Shown here one piece after another: positions 50,608 through 60,547 of a DNA stretch of 64,000 nucleotides. This DNA comes from an uncultured Chloroflexia bacterium (GTDB lineage: Bacteria > Chloroflexota > UBA6077 > JACCZL01): contig CAVXYC010000010.1 of NCBI GenBank assembly GCA_963765765.1, positions 64,001 to 128,000 of the forward strand. Reading direction: 5' to 3'. Positions within the stretch are counted from its first letter, which is position 1; each line of letters begins with the position of its first letter. Both the position numbers and the translations under genes were made by a program. The notes beneath the pieces were generated by a model, which did not search any database, was not told the DNA's origin, and saw nothing but the letters and a program-made list of their open reading frames with translations.

Positions 50608-50645
50608 AAATGGGAGCGGGGGCTGCCCGGCCCCCACTCCCATTT
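50608..50645 (-). terminator. 16-bp stem-loop between the SWIM-like gene and cbiB
   Basis: Minus strand aaatgggagtgggggc-cgggca-gcccccgctcccattt (one G-U pair). Confidence 0.6.
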
Positions 50646-50673
50646 TCTGCTTGCGAGCTTCCGAATGTTGAGT

Positions 50674-50940
50674 TTAGACAGCGGCCGGAACAGGCTCCGC
50701 GTAGTGAGCTTCTTTCGGAAGCCGGTCGTGCAGGATTTTCTGAATGGCCATCACGTGACTGCAGTCAAAATGCGCCTGGAAGAAATTGCACTCGCACTTC
50801 CAATGCCCGCCTCGGTACTCGACTCGATACTCATCGTGGTCGCCACGAAAGGTCGTAGAAATCTCCACAAGCATTAAGCGGTCCGGCTCTGCTGCGTACT
50901 GATGGGCCTTCTGAATCTTGCTGATCATGCCCGACTGCAT
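50674..50940 (-). CDS. Small SWIM-type Zn-finger protein
   Basis: AAGGAGG SD; ISKIQKAHQYA..., WKCECNFFQAHFDCSHVMA (CxC..CxH). Confidence 0.85.
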   Translation of the reverse strand: MQSGMISKIQKAHQYAAEPDRLMLVEISTTFRGDHDEYRVEYRGGHWKCECNFFQAHFDCSHVMAIQKILHDRLPKEAHYAEPVPAAV

Positions 50941-50973
50941 TCCGAAGCCTCCTTAGAATTGGCCGAAAATGCA

Positions 50974-51007
50974 CGAGACGTCGGCACGCATGCGCGCCGA
51001 CGTCTCG
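50974..51007 (-). terminator. Leader hairpin (attenuator-like) upstream of the SWIM gene
   Basis: Minus strand cgagacgtcggcgcgcatgcgtgccgacgtctcg followed by tgcattttc. Confidence 0.55.
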
Positions 51008-51087
51008 CAAAGGTTCCGACCTGTCCGCCTGTGACACCGCCCAGGTGCATCAGACTCCTCTGGCGCGTGGTCCGCGCCGTTACAGCT

Positions 51088-51116
51088 AGTCTAGTCGCGT
51101 GGCCCGATAGTGTCAA
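51088..51116 (-). promoter_or_regulatory. Sigma70-type promoter TTGACA-N17-TAGACT
   Basis: Plus-strand agtcta (51088-93) and tgtcaa (51111-16), spacer of 17. Confidence 0.65.
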
Positions 51117-51301
51117 CTGAATCTGGTGGGCTGTGATCGGGATGAGATTCCTAAGGGTAATTTGGGCCAGGCGACTTCCCACGTATGGTATGCCCTCCGC
51201 CCGCCAGACGTCCTGGTGACGTCACCAGGAACGAGTAACATGATCCGAAACCGCAATAGTTCGAGCTCGTTGTTCTACCGTGAGTTTGCGGCTCAACTAA
51301 G

Positions 51302-52483
51302 ATGGGGCATGGATGGCGAGGATCTCACTTGTTCACGAGCCAGGCTATTCGACTGCTTCTTGCGTTCAACCTGGTCCTGGTGCTCGGCGCGACGACCGAG
51401 GTGACCCGCGCCCAAGTCCCGAGCCTCTCGGTCTGGAGTCAGGGAGATGCCGCGGGCTGGTCGGAATGGTCGATGCAGGGTGTCACTAATGATGGCGGCG
51501 CCCTCGTTCTCGATCGCCATGTGACCGATTCACAGCGGGCTTCAGGCAGCCTCGATGGACCCGTTCGCGAGCTGCCGTTCGATGAGCTCATCCCTTCATG
51601 GAACGTTCACACGCCCCCTGAGACATGGATAGAGACGCTTGCCCGAGTCCGAATTGACGGAGCGTGGACCGGCTGGTACTCAATGGGCCGATGGGCGTCG
51701 GATAAAGGCCAACGCCAGAGTGTCAAGGGTCAGGACGATGATCGGGTCAAAGTTCTTACTGATACGCTTCGAGTTCAAGGAACCGCGAACGCATATCAGC
51801 TACGACTTACTCTGAATTCAAATGGCGACGGGGAATCGCCGCAGCTCACACTTGTTGCTGCCGTGGCAACTTCGGGAGCGACGGCTTCGAAATACCGGAC
51901 GGGGAATAAGACTGTAGCGGCAACGACGCTAGATGTACCTGGGCGCTCCCAGATGATCTATCCAGATGGAGGCGAGGTCTGGTGTAGCCCAACCTCCACC
52001 AGCATGGTCATGGCGTATTGGTCCGAGATAACTGCGGACCCCCGTCTGAATAGACCGGTTCCAGAAGTGGCAGCGGGAACATACGACCCCGTGTATCGAG
52101 GAAATGGAAATTGGTCTTTTAATACCGCTTACGCGGGTGATGCAGGCCTGACCGCGTTCGTGAGCCGTGGAGCGTCACTGCACGACGCTGAGCGATGGCT
52201 GGCTGCGGGCGTTCCAGTGATTGCAAGTCTCGGTTGGGCTGGAGGGCAGCTACCGGAAGCACCGATCGGGTCCACAAACGGACACTTATTGGTGATCGTG
52301 GGCGTCACTGAACAAGGAGACGTCGTAGTGAACGATCCGGCCGCCGACCCACGGCGCGGTCAGAGCGTTCGACGGGTGTACGATCGCGGGAGTTTTGAAT
52401 CGCTCTGGCTTTCATATTCGGGCGGCACGATGTACATCATGTACCCCCCGATCACCCGGTGCCATTGTAGGGTAAGCAATTGA
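51302..52483 (+). CDS. Secreted peptidase C39-like family protein
   Basis: LIPSWN, WYSMGRW, DVPGRSQM..WCSPTSTSM, GNWSFN, GHLLV, VNDPA. Confidence 0.88.
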   Translation: MGHGWRGSHLFTSQAIRLLLAFNLVLVLGATTEVTRAQVPSLSVWSQGDAAGWSEWSMQGVTNDGGALVLDRHVTDSQRASGSLDGPVRELPFDELIPSWNVHTPPETWIETLARVRIDGAWTGWYSMGRWASDKGQRQSVKGQDDDRVKVLTDTLRVQGTANAYQLRLTLNSNGDGESPQLTLVAAVATSGATASKYRTGNKTVAATTLDVPGRSQMIYPDGGEVWCSPTSTSMVMAYWSEITADPRLNRPVPEVAAGTYDPVYRGNGNWSFNTAYAGDAGLTAFVSRGASLHDAERWLAAGVPVIASLGWAGGQLPEAPIGSTNGHLLVIVGVTEQGDVVVNDPAADPRRGQSVRRVYDRGSFESLWLSYSGGTMYIMYPPITRCHCRVSN

Positions 52484-52520
52484 CGAGGCCGCTCAGCGGC
52501 ATTGAGGGAGAGATAAGAGT

Positions 52521-52937
52521 ATGCAATTGATTCGCCGACTTTCGATCATGTCGCTCCTGGCTCTTGGGCTGGGTTTTGTTTCGCTTGGGGCTCGAGCCAC
52601 CGGTGTACTCGCTGATGACAAGGAGCTTTCTCTTCGGGGACTCGTGGACTGCGGGAAGAAGGTTGAGACAGCCTGCAACGTCCAAGGCTCATTCTTCTTC
52701 TGGACGGACGGCTACAGCGAGGGTACGCAGCGAGTGCAGATCGACGTCAGCTGGATTAAGCCCGAAAAGCTTCCTCCGCTCGATCAGGAAGACGAGCTCT
52801 GCCTCACGGGCTTCGTTCGAGAGGATCAGATCTTTCAGGCGACGGCGGTCAATGAACAGTGCGACGAGGGCACAGTGAACGACAAGGATGCAGACCGAGA
52901 GAAGAAAGAGAATAGCAAAGAACGGAATCGGAACTAG
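52521..52937 (+). CDS. Secreted hypothetical protein
   Basis: GAGG SD, signal peptide, four Cys, charged tail. Confidence 0.7.
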   Translation: MQLIRRLSIMSLLALGLGFVSLGARATGVLADDKELSLRGLVDCGKKVETACNVQGSFFFWTDGYSEGTQRVQIDVSWIKPEKLPPLDQEDELCLTGFVREDQIFQATAVNEQCDEGTVNDKDADREKKENSKERNRN

Positions 52938-53094
52938 CTCAGGCTATGATCAGGCATGCGCCCGGCGAAGCGAGTAAAATGCGCTCGGCCGGGCGCTCTT
53001 GAATTCGCTGAGAACCGCCAGCACGCGATTCATAGGTTTGGACGTGCGCAGTCCGGGAGCATAATCGAGCAATTTCCTGCCAAGGTCACCGCAG

Positions 53095-54384
53095 TTGTCC
53101 GAGCAATCGACAGTCGCTGTTAACTCCGCGCCCACCGGCCATCATCTTGGTGCGCCGGTTAGTGCGTTGGGTGCGTCTACCGCCACATTGAAGCCCAGCG
53201 GGCTCTCGGGATGGCGCCTCCTTCTCCTCCGCTTCATCGTCATTCTCATTGGGCTGCTGCTTCCACTCATCTGTGTGGAGCTAACACTCCGGACCATCGG
53301 GGCCGTGTTTCCGGGGAACTATTCGACGGGCAAGTACCTGACCGCCGACCCGATTTACGGTCGCTTCCACGTGCTCAACTTCACCGGCTGGCTGAGGACT
53401 GACGAGTTCGTAAGCTACCTGCGAATCAACAGCGAAGGGCAACGCGGACCAGAGATACCTCTGGCGAAGCCGCCAGGCACGTTCCGTATTCTTGCCCTCG
53501 GAGACTCGTACCTCGAGGCTGCGCAGGTCCGCGAGGATCAAGCCGTGGCGGGATTGCTCGCCAAGTCGTTGACCCAGGCTCGTGGGCAACCGGTGGACGT
53601 TATCAACACGGGCGTCGGAAGCTGGGGCACCACGCAGGAATGGCTGCTACTGCAGCAGGAGGGTGAGCGATTTCAGCCCGACCTGCAGCTCGTGCTGTTC
53701 CACCCAGCAAACGATCTCTGGGACAACAGCTATTCGTTGCAGCGACCGCGCACGCCTCGCGAGCCGTTTTTCACGCTGGCCGATGATGGCTCGCTCAAGG
53801 AAGTCCCGTTCAGACTGGCACAGAAGCCATTCCGCAACGAGCTGGATCCGGACGATCTGACCCCTCAGGGAATCCTTCGTCAAACGTCCTGGCTCTATCA
53901 CGTGTTCGAGACTGGCGTACTGAATAAATTCGAGCAGGGCGATGACACGGCGCCTCGCTTAAACGTACAGGCTCAACAACTGTGGGATCCTCGAGCGGAA
54001 GATCGGGTCAAGCCCACATGGGATGTAACGCTCGCGCTCCTTCGAGCCATCACTGAATACGGTGAATCACACGGCATAAGCACGGTGATCGCCGTAGTGC
54101 CCTCATCGGCCGAAGTGCACGATGAGGACTGGGCTGCCACCGTTGAGCGCATCAGCGCGGCGAAGCTTCAGCCACAGAATTACGAGCGTCATCTTCTCAG
54201 TCAGATCGTGGCCCGTCGTCAGCATGAAGTGCCGGCCATTTGGGTTGATCTCGGACCCCCTCTCCGAGCCGCCGCCGCAAATGGTGAGCGAATGTATTTC
54301 AAGCAGGATGGCCATTGGACAGTAGCGGGCAATGCCGTAGTCTCCTCCGTGCTCGAATCGACTATTAGCCAGTTAATTCCGTAA
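53095..54384 (+). CDS. Membrane-anchored SGNH/GDSL hydrolase (AlgJ/AlgX-like)
   Basis: ILALGDSY, INTGVGSWGT, HPANDL, YFKQDGHWTVAGN. Confidence 0.85.
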   Translation: MSEQSTVAVNSAPTGHHLGAPVSALGASTATLKPSGLSGWRLLLLRFIVILIGLLLPLICVELTLRTIGAVFPGNYSTGKYLTADPIYGRFHVLNFTGWLRTDEFVSYLRINSEGQRGPEIPLAKPPGTFRILALGDSYLEAAQVREDQAVAGLLAKSLTQARGQPVDVINTGVGSWGTTQEWLLLQQEGERFQPDLQLVLFHPANDLWDNSYSLQRPRTPREPFFTLADDGSLKEVPFRLAQKPFRNELDPDDLTPQGILRQTSWLYHVFETGVLNKFEQGDDTAPRLNVQAQQLWDPRAEDRVKPTWDVTLALLRAITEYGESHGISTVIAVVPSSAEVHDEDWAATVERISAAKLQPQNYERHLLSQIVARRQHEVPAIWVDLGPPLRAAAANGERMYFKQDGHWTVAGNAVVSSVLESTISQLIP

Positions 54385-54458
54385 CTGAGTTAGCCAAGCT
54401 CTGGTGCGAAATCTGGCAAAGATGCACGGCCCGGCCCGATTATCTCCACAGAGTTGAC

Positions 54459-54701
54459 ATGCGCCGACAACGAACCAACACCTCACCCTGGCGGGCTGAC
54501 ACCGATCAGCACTCACTGCAGTGCTTGTTCTTAGAGCGACTGCATCGACTCGTCGATCTCGATGAATCATGGAACCCGGAGTGGAGCTCAGAAGAGCGCC
54601 GACTCCTCGAGCACGCTCTTTACTCCACGTATCACGACTGCGTTCGAGTAGGCCTTCGACCGATCGCGCGGGCAATCATTACGATACATTCGCCGCGATA
54701 A
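54459..54701 (+). CDS. Small helical hypothetical protein
   Basis: LQCLFLERLHRL...LLEHALYSTYHDCVRVG pattern; plausible amphipathic helices. Confidence 0.55.
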   Translation: MRRQRTNTSPWRADTDQHSLQCLFLERLHRLVDLDESWNPEWSSEERRLLEHALYSTYHDCVRVGLRPIARAIITIHSPR

Positions 54702-54764
54702 GCTTCGCGGTCGCTTGCGCTCGGCATCGGGCCAGCGCGCACACCGCAGGCTGCACTCACGGCT

Positions 54765-55721
54765 CTAAGAATCGTTCACGCGCCGCGGATCCAGCGCATC
54801 GCGTAAGGCGTCTGAGAAATAGTTCAGGCCCACGAGCAGCAATGCCAGTGCGACCCCAGGCCAGACGCCGAACCAGGGAGCTTGCCGCAGATGGGCTCGA
54901 CTATCGCTCAGCATGCCACCCCATGACGGCTCTGGCGGTAGCGTGCCGAGCCCCAGGAACGAAAGGCTTGACTCGGCCAGGACGGCGAATCCCACGGCCA
55001 GGCTCATCTGCACTAACAATGGGCCGAGAGAGTTGGGCAGCACATGCCTTTGCATAACCCGAATGCTGGGGACTCCCAGAGACTGTGCCGCCAGGACGTA
55101 GTCTCGTTCTCGCTCGGTTTGCACAAGGGAGCGTGTCAAGCGAGCGAAGATCGGCATCTGCGCCAGTGCGATTGCGAATGCCACGTTTGTCCCACCAGCT
55201 CCCAGCACGGCAACCACGGCGATGCCCAGAAGGATCGTTGGAAACGCCAGAAGCGCGTCGTAGATACGCATAGTCACAGCATCCATCCAGCCCCCGAAAT
55301 ATCCAGCCAGCAGCCCCGTACTGATTCCCACTGTGGCTCCCATCACTACGGCCAACACGCCGATGAAGAACGAGGCGCGACTGCCCCAGATGATTCGGCT
55401 AAGGAGGTCCCGGCCGAGATTGTCAGTACCCAGGAGATACTGTCCGCCGGGCCGAACCAGCTCCTCACCAGCATGCTGTTCTAGAGGGCTGAAGGGCGCA
55501 ATCAATGGTGCGCTAATAGCCATGAAGACGAGCAGCAGCAGGATCACGAGACCGCAGGCTCCAACCGGATTTCGAATTGTCCGTGCAAGCGCCGCCACGA
55601 GTGGATTCCGGGAGCGTGCTCCCCACGTCGTTCGGTATGCGCGTTGGGCGGAAACGGGTACCTTGCGGATTGGCGGCAGTGCAGCCACACCGCCGGCGGC
55701 TGCTGGCTGGCTACCACTCAT
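54765..55721 (-). CDS. Peptide/nickel-type ABC permease (DppC-like)
   Basis: LGTDNLGRD, DYVLAAQSLG, ESSLSFLGLG, DALRDALDP. Confidence 0.92.
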   Translation of the reverse strand: MSGSQPAAAGGVAALPPIRKVPVSAQRAYRTTWGARSRNPLVAALARTIRNPVGACGLVILLLLVFMAISAPLIAPFSPLEQHAGEELVRPGGQYLLGTDNLGRDLLSRIIWGSRASFFIGVLAVVMGATVGISTGLLAGYFGGWMDAVTMRIYDALLAFPTILLGIAVVAVLGAGGTNVAFAIALAQMPIFARLTRSLVQTERERDYVLAAQSLGVPSIRVMQRHVLPNSLGPLLVQMSLAVGFAVLAESSLSFLGLGTLPPEPSWGGMLSDSRAHLRQAPWFGVWPGVALALLLVGLNYFSDALRDALDPRRVNDS

Positions 55722-56674
55722 CCCGTAACTCGTTGCGCAAGACGAACGCGCGGATCGATATATCCGCACAACAAGTCGGTGAGTAAATTCACTGAGACAA
55801 ATACAACCACAAGTAAAAGAAGTCCGGCCTGGAGCACCGCGTAGTCGCGCGTGCCGATGCTATCGAGTAGTAATCGTCCCACTCCGGGCCAGCCGAAGAC
55901 CGACTCCACAACGACAGATCCGCCCAGGAGTCGCCCGAACTGAAGGCCGAGCACCGTAACCACGGGCACCAGCGCGTTACGCATCACGTGACCAGAGAGG
56001 ATGTGCAGATCCGCGAGCCCCTTCGAGCGCGCGGTGCGGACAAAGTCGTACGAGAGCACCTCGAGCATGGAAGCCCGAACGAGTCGGGAGATCGAGACAG
56101 ACGACGGTAACGCCAGCGTCAATGCAGGTAGAAAGAGCGTTCGCAAGCCCATTCCGGGGTCCTGTAGTAGCTCCACTCGCCCGCCAGGTGGCAGCCAACC
56201 TAGTATCAGGGCGAACAGGATGATTGACAGGATTCCGAACCAGAAATTGGGGATGGCAACGAGTAGTCCGTTGATTGACGAGATCGCAATGTCGATCGGA
56301 CCGCGGTGCCAGACAGCCGCGATGATCCCGGTGGGTATCCCCATCACAATGCACAGGATCATCGCTGCCATCGTCAGCTCCAGCGTCGCGGGGACGCGAC
56401 GCGCTAGGACTTCAGAAATGGGCAGCTTGCTCAGCACGGACCGTCCCAGGTCTCCACGCAGGAGATGAGAGATCCATATGCCGTACTGGACGGGCAGTGG
56501 CTGGTCCAGGCCCATCTCGTGCCGGATCGACTCCACCGTTTGCGGGGTGGCATCTATCCCGGCCAGGACCTGCGCGGGGTCTCCAGGGATGACGCGGACC
56601 AGGCAAAAGACGGCGATGGTAGCCAGAAGGATGACCGGAATGGACTGGGCAATGCGCTGAAATACGAAGGCCAG
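55718..56674 (-). CDS. Peptide/nickel-type ABC permease (DppB-like); probable CTG start after AAGGAG (alternative GTG at 56737)
   Basis: IPGDPA, GDLGRS, DFVRTARSKGL, RDYAVLQ, IDPRV. Confidence 0.92.
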   Translation of the reverse strand: MAFVFQRIAQSIPVILLATIAVFCLVRVIPGDPAQVLAGIDATPQTVESIRHEMGLDQPLPVQYGIWISHLLRGDLGRSVLSKLPISEVLARRVPATLELTMAAMILCIVMGIPTGIIAAVWHRGPIDIAISSINGLLVAIPNFWFGILSIILFALILGWLPPGGRVELLQDPGMGLRTLFLPALTLALPSSVSISRLVRASMLEVLSYDFVRTARSKGLADLHILSGHVMRNALVPVVTVLGLQFGRLLGGSVVVESVFGWPGVGRLLLDSIGTRDYAVLQAGLLLLVVVFVSVNLLTDLLCGYIDPRVRLAQRVTG

Positions 56675-56861
56675 TGCGAATACTCCTTGGCTTACAGATG
56701 TGCGTGCCCTTGAATGTACCGACGCTCGACCAGACATTCCTACCAGTCTGCGCGGTGGTGCCGTATATTAGCGCTGTCCTGGCTCGGTGCGCTGCCAATT
56801 CACGGGCAAACCAAGCTGTATCGCGCGGCCCGAGTCTCTTGCCGGAACTGAGGGTGGGTCA

Positions 56862-57737
56862 ATGATGAAGGTCACTGTCATGGCGGACGAGATCAGCCCT
56901 GATCTCGAAACGTCGCTCGAGCTGATGCGATCGTGGAATCTCGATACCGTGGAGCTCCGCAGGGCTGGTGAGCGCCGGTATCCAGACGTTTCCGACTATT
57001 GGAAATCGCGGGTTCCCCGACTGGTCAAGGAGTTCGGATTCTCGGTGGTGGCTATCTCCCCGGGGCTCTTCAAGGTCGACTTCCCGGGGCCAGATGAGCC
57101 ATTGCGATTTCTCCGTGCGCCTGATATGGATCAGTTCGCACTCGAGGAGAAGGCTAAGCGTCTCCTCGATCAACACGTGAATGAGCTCCTTCCAGCGAGT
57201 ATTGAAGCGGCAAAGGCGCTGGGCGCACGCAACATCATTTGTTGGAGCTTCCAATCGCAAGAGCACGGGCCCACTCCGCAGGGCGCGGTTCAAATTCTAA
57301 AACACGGTGCAGAGCGCGCCGGTGCGGCCGGCGTGCAGCTTCTCATCGAGGTCTCGGATAAGAGCAGCCGCGTGGCTGATCTGGTGCGCCGAATTGATCA
57401 TCCGTCCTTGGCAGTGAGCTGGACTCCGGCCAGCGCTTACGCGGCTGGAGATCACACGTCATTCCCGGACGGCTATGCGAGTGTGCGGCCGTACGTGCGG
57501 CATGTGCACTTCAAAGACGTCATCGTGGATGCGTCGGGGCACTACGAGTGGGCGATGAACGGACTCATCGATTGGCGCGGACAGATCAAGTCGCTTGCCG
57601 ATGACTACTATGACGGCTACATCTCAGTGGAGCCGCACGTACGGCCAAAGATTAACGGCGTTATCGAAACGCTTGATCGCGTGCGGGGACTTATCCATGA
57701 GTTTGCGCCGGCCTCGGCGTCTGCCCTCGCGAGTTAG
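56862..57737 (+). CDS. Sugar-phosphate isomerase/epimerase (xylose-isomerase-like TIM barrel), copy 1
   Basis: ADEISPDLE, VELR, ISPGLFK, LIEV, RHVHFKD, YISVEPH. Confidence 0.85.
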   Translation: MMKVTVMADEISPDLETSLELMRSWNLDTVELRRAGERRYPDVSDYWKSRVPRLVKEFGFSVVAISPGLFKVDFPGPDEPLRFLRAPDMDQFALEEKAKRLLDQHVNELLPASIEAAKALGARNIICWSFQSQEHGPTPQGAVQILKHGAERAGAAGVQLLIEVSDKSSRVADLVRRIDHPSLAVSWTPASAYAAGDHTSFPDGYASVRPYVRHVHFKDVIVDASGHYEWAMNGLIDWRGQIKSLADDYYDGYISVEPHVRPKINGVIETLDRVRGLIHEFAPASASALAS

Positions 57738-57859
57738 GGCGGCCCATCTAGTCAAACTACTCGCCCTGGTGAGCGCGCCAGGGTGATCGCTGATCCAACG
57801 ATGGCAGTGGACAAGTTTCACGTCACCAAAGTGGCTCAGGGGAGCGAAAGGGGTCCAAT

Positions 57860-59549
57860 GTGGATTCGAGTCCAACACGATTGATCGTTAGTCGCCGCGT
57901 CGCGCTTCGAGCCATCCTATCGAGCGCGGGCGTCGCAATGCTCGCCGCGTGCGCTCCGATCGGCGAGCCCGCCTCAAAGTCGTCCGCGCCGACTGCAGCG
58001 CCCGCGACAGCGGCCGCGGGTGCGGGTGCGAAGCCGACAGCGGCCGCGGGTCCGCCGACCGCAGCCGCAGCAACCGCGAAGCCCGCTGCGGCTAGCCCCA
58101 AATCGGGAGGCAAGCTTCGGCTGGCCATGTCCGTGGATCTCGACGCTTCAGGTGTGGAAGGTGGACGTCTGGGGCCCGCATACACGCCGTCAGTGTTCAT
58201 GATTTTCGATCGACTGACAGGATTCAATGGCAAGTATGAGCCGCAACCGATGCTCGCCGAGAGCTGGGATTGGAGCATCGACAAGAAGCAGCTAAAGCTA
58301 AATTTGCGCAAGGGCGTGGTGTTCCACTCGGGGCGCGAATTCACGAGTGAAGACGTCAAATACAACTTGATGCGCGTTCGCGATCCGAAGGTCGGCACCG
58401 GTCAGCTCGTGGGCATGAGCAACTGGTTCTCAGAGTTCGAGACGCCGGAACAAGAACACCATCATTCTCAAGGCGGACAAGCCGCGGCCGACGGTATTTG
58501 ACATGCTCGAGTACCTGAACATTGTGGACCGAGAGCTGGCCGACGGCCCTAACGCGACGACCCAGGCGGGTGGCACCGGTCCATTTGCTCTGGGAGAGTG
58601 GGTCCAGGGCGATCACATCCGATTCGTCAAAAATAAGAACTACTGGCAGACAGGCAAGCCGTACCTCGACGAGATAAATATCGCGATCGTCCGCGATCCG
58701 CAGGCAATGGCTGTGCAGCTTGAAGCTGGCAGTCTCGATGCTGTGCTCAATCCGCTGGTACAAGACGGCGCGCGTCTGCAGAAAGACTCGAAATACCAGC
58801 TCATCAGCGGCGATCCCAATGGTCTTGTCATCAACGTGGTCGTCAATACCACTCAGGCGCCTTTCGACAACAAGAAAGTGCGCCAAGCGCTGAACTATGC
58901 CATCGATCGTCAGCGCTTCATTGATACTGTGTTGCTCAACCTCTCAGGCAAGGAAATCTCAGATCTTCCGTGGCCCGCGGGCTCGCCAGCGTCGGAGCCA
59001 GCGAAGAACAAGGTGTTCGCCTATAACCTGGACAAGGCGAAGGCGCTACTGAGCGAGGCCGGTGTCTCTGGGTTCGAGATGGATTTCATCTACTCCAACA
59101 TCAGCAGTGAGCTGGCTGCCTTTGCTCAGATCTACGCCGGCGACCTGGCCAAGCTGGGCATCAAGCTGAATCTCAAGCCACTGGATTCGGGCACATATAA
59201 CCGAACGTCACTTGCGCGGCAATTCTCTATTGGCGCATCAGACAGTAGCTTCGCTCAGATGGAGCCCGGGACACTCTTCCAGCTCAGCGGTGCGCATCGT
59301 CCCACGGGGAACTCGGCCGGATACGAGAATCAGAAGTACATCGATCTCGTGGAGGCTTCGCAGACGGAGCCTGACCTGGCTAAGCGGAAGCAAGTCTACT
59401 CCGACCTAAACGATCTCTTGCTCGAGGACGTCTTTATCATCCCTGTGGCCCAACGCCCCTGGTACATCGTTGCGCGGAGCCAGGTGAAGGACGTCAAGTG
59501 GATGATCAGTCAAGCTCCCGTCTACGCGGACATGTGGTTGGATTCGTAG
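57860..59549 (+). CDS. Family-5 ABC substrate-binding lipoprotein with twin-Arg-like signal; frameshift ~58450
   Basis: VSRRVALR..LAAC, Ala/Pro linker, PMLAESW, LRKGVVFHSG, GTGPF, KVRQALNYAIDR. Confidence 0.88.
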
Positions 59550-59665
59550 GCGTCTTTCATCAGGATGACGAGGTGTTCTGGTTGCGATTACGGCGCAACT
59601 CAAGATGACAAGAATCGGAAAGTAGGATTGGCTGCCAAGCGTGAACAGTCTCTCACGGAGGACAC

Positions 59666-60547
59666 ATGAAAATCTCCATCATCGCGGACGAGGTCAGTCC
59701 TGATCTCGAATCGGCTCTCGAGCTAATTCGGATGTGGGGCATCGACACTGTGGAGCTTCGGCGTGCCGGTGAGCGCCGCTATCCAGACGTGACGGATTAT
59801 TGGAAGTCGCGTGTGCCCAGAATGGTCAAAGAATCCGGGTTGAAATGCGTGGCGATTTCACCGGGCCTGTTCAAGATCCACTATCCGGGCGACGCGGCAC
59901 CGCTTCATTTCCATCGCGCCATCGATATGGAGCAGTTTGAGAAAGAACAAAGGATTCAGGTGCTGCTAGAGCACCATGTGAACACTGTGCTTCCCGCCAG
60001 CATCGAAGCGGCCAAGCAGCTCGGCTGTGACATGATCATCTGCTTCAGCTTTCAGCGTCAGGACCACGGGCCGGCGTCGGAAGGTGCTGTTCAGGTTTTG
60101 CGCCACGCGGCAGAGAAGGTCGCCGAAGCGGGATTGCTGCTCGCCATAGAAGTGGATGAGGACCTGACCGCACGAACCGTGGATCTCATCAAACGCGTCA
60201 ATAACCCAGCGTTGGTGATTAACTGGGATCCGGGCAATGCCTATCGTTCTGGCGACGACGTGCCGTACCCAGATGCATACGAGCTGGCGAAGCCTTATGT
60301 GCGCCACGTCCACTTCAAGGATGCAATGACCGACACCAGCGGCGAGCGAATCTGGACATTGGATGGCATCATCGACTGGCGCGGGCAAATGGCCGCGTTG
60401 AAGGACGACGGTTACGACGGATACATATCGGTGGAGCCCCACGTGCGCCCTAAGATAGGCGGCGTGCTCTACACACTCAATCGGATACAGACGCTCATGA
60501 AAGAAGCCAACATCGTTTCAGTCACTGCGAGCGCGCGTGCAATATAA
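59666..60547 (+). CDS. Sugar-phosphate isomerase/epimerase (xylose-isomerase-like TIM barrel), copy 2
   Basis: ADEVSPDLE, AIEV, NWDPGN, RHVHFKD, YISVEPH; GGAGG SD. Confidence 0.88.
   Translation: MKISIIADEVSPDLESALELIRMWGIDTVELRRAGERRYPDVTDYWKSRVPRMVKESGLKCVAISPGLFKIHYPGDAAPLHFHRAIDMEQFEKEQRIQVLLEHHVNTVLPASIEAAKQLGCDMIICFSFQRQDHGPASEGAVQVLRHAAEKVAEAGLLLAIEVDEDLTARTVDLIKRVNNPALVINWDPGNAYRSGDDVPYPDAYELAKPYVRHVHFKDAMTDTSGERIWTLDGIIDWRGQMAALKDDGYDGYISVEPHVRPKIGGVLYTLNRIQTLMKEANIVSVTASARAI

Noticed and set aside
50950-51300. Cobalamin or ZTP riboswitch upstream of the cob operon
   Set aside because: No GGGAA..GGUG/GCCACUG/AGYCAGRAGACC B12 elements. CACCUGGGC only loosely resembles the ZTP 3' motif and lacks the matching GACUGGCG. 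Kept only as an unclassified leader.
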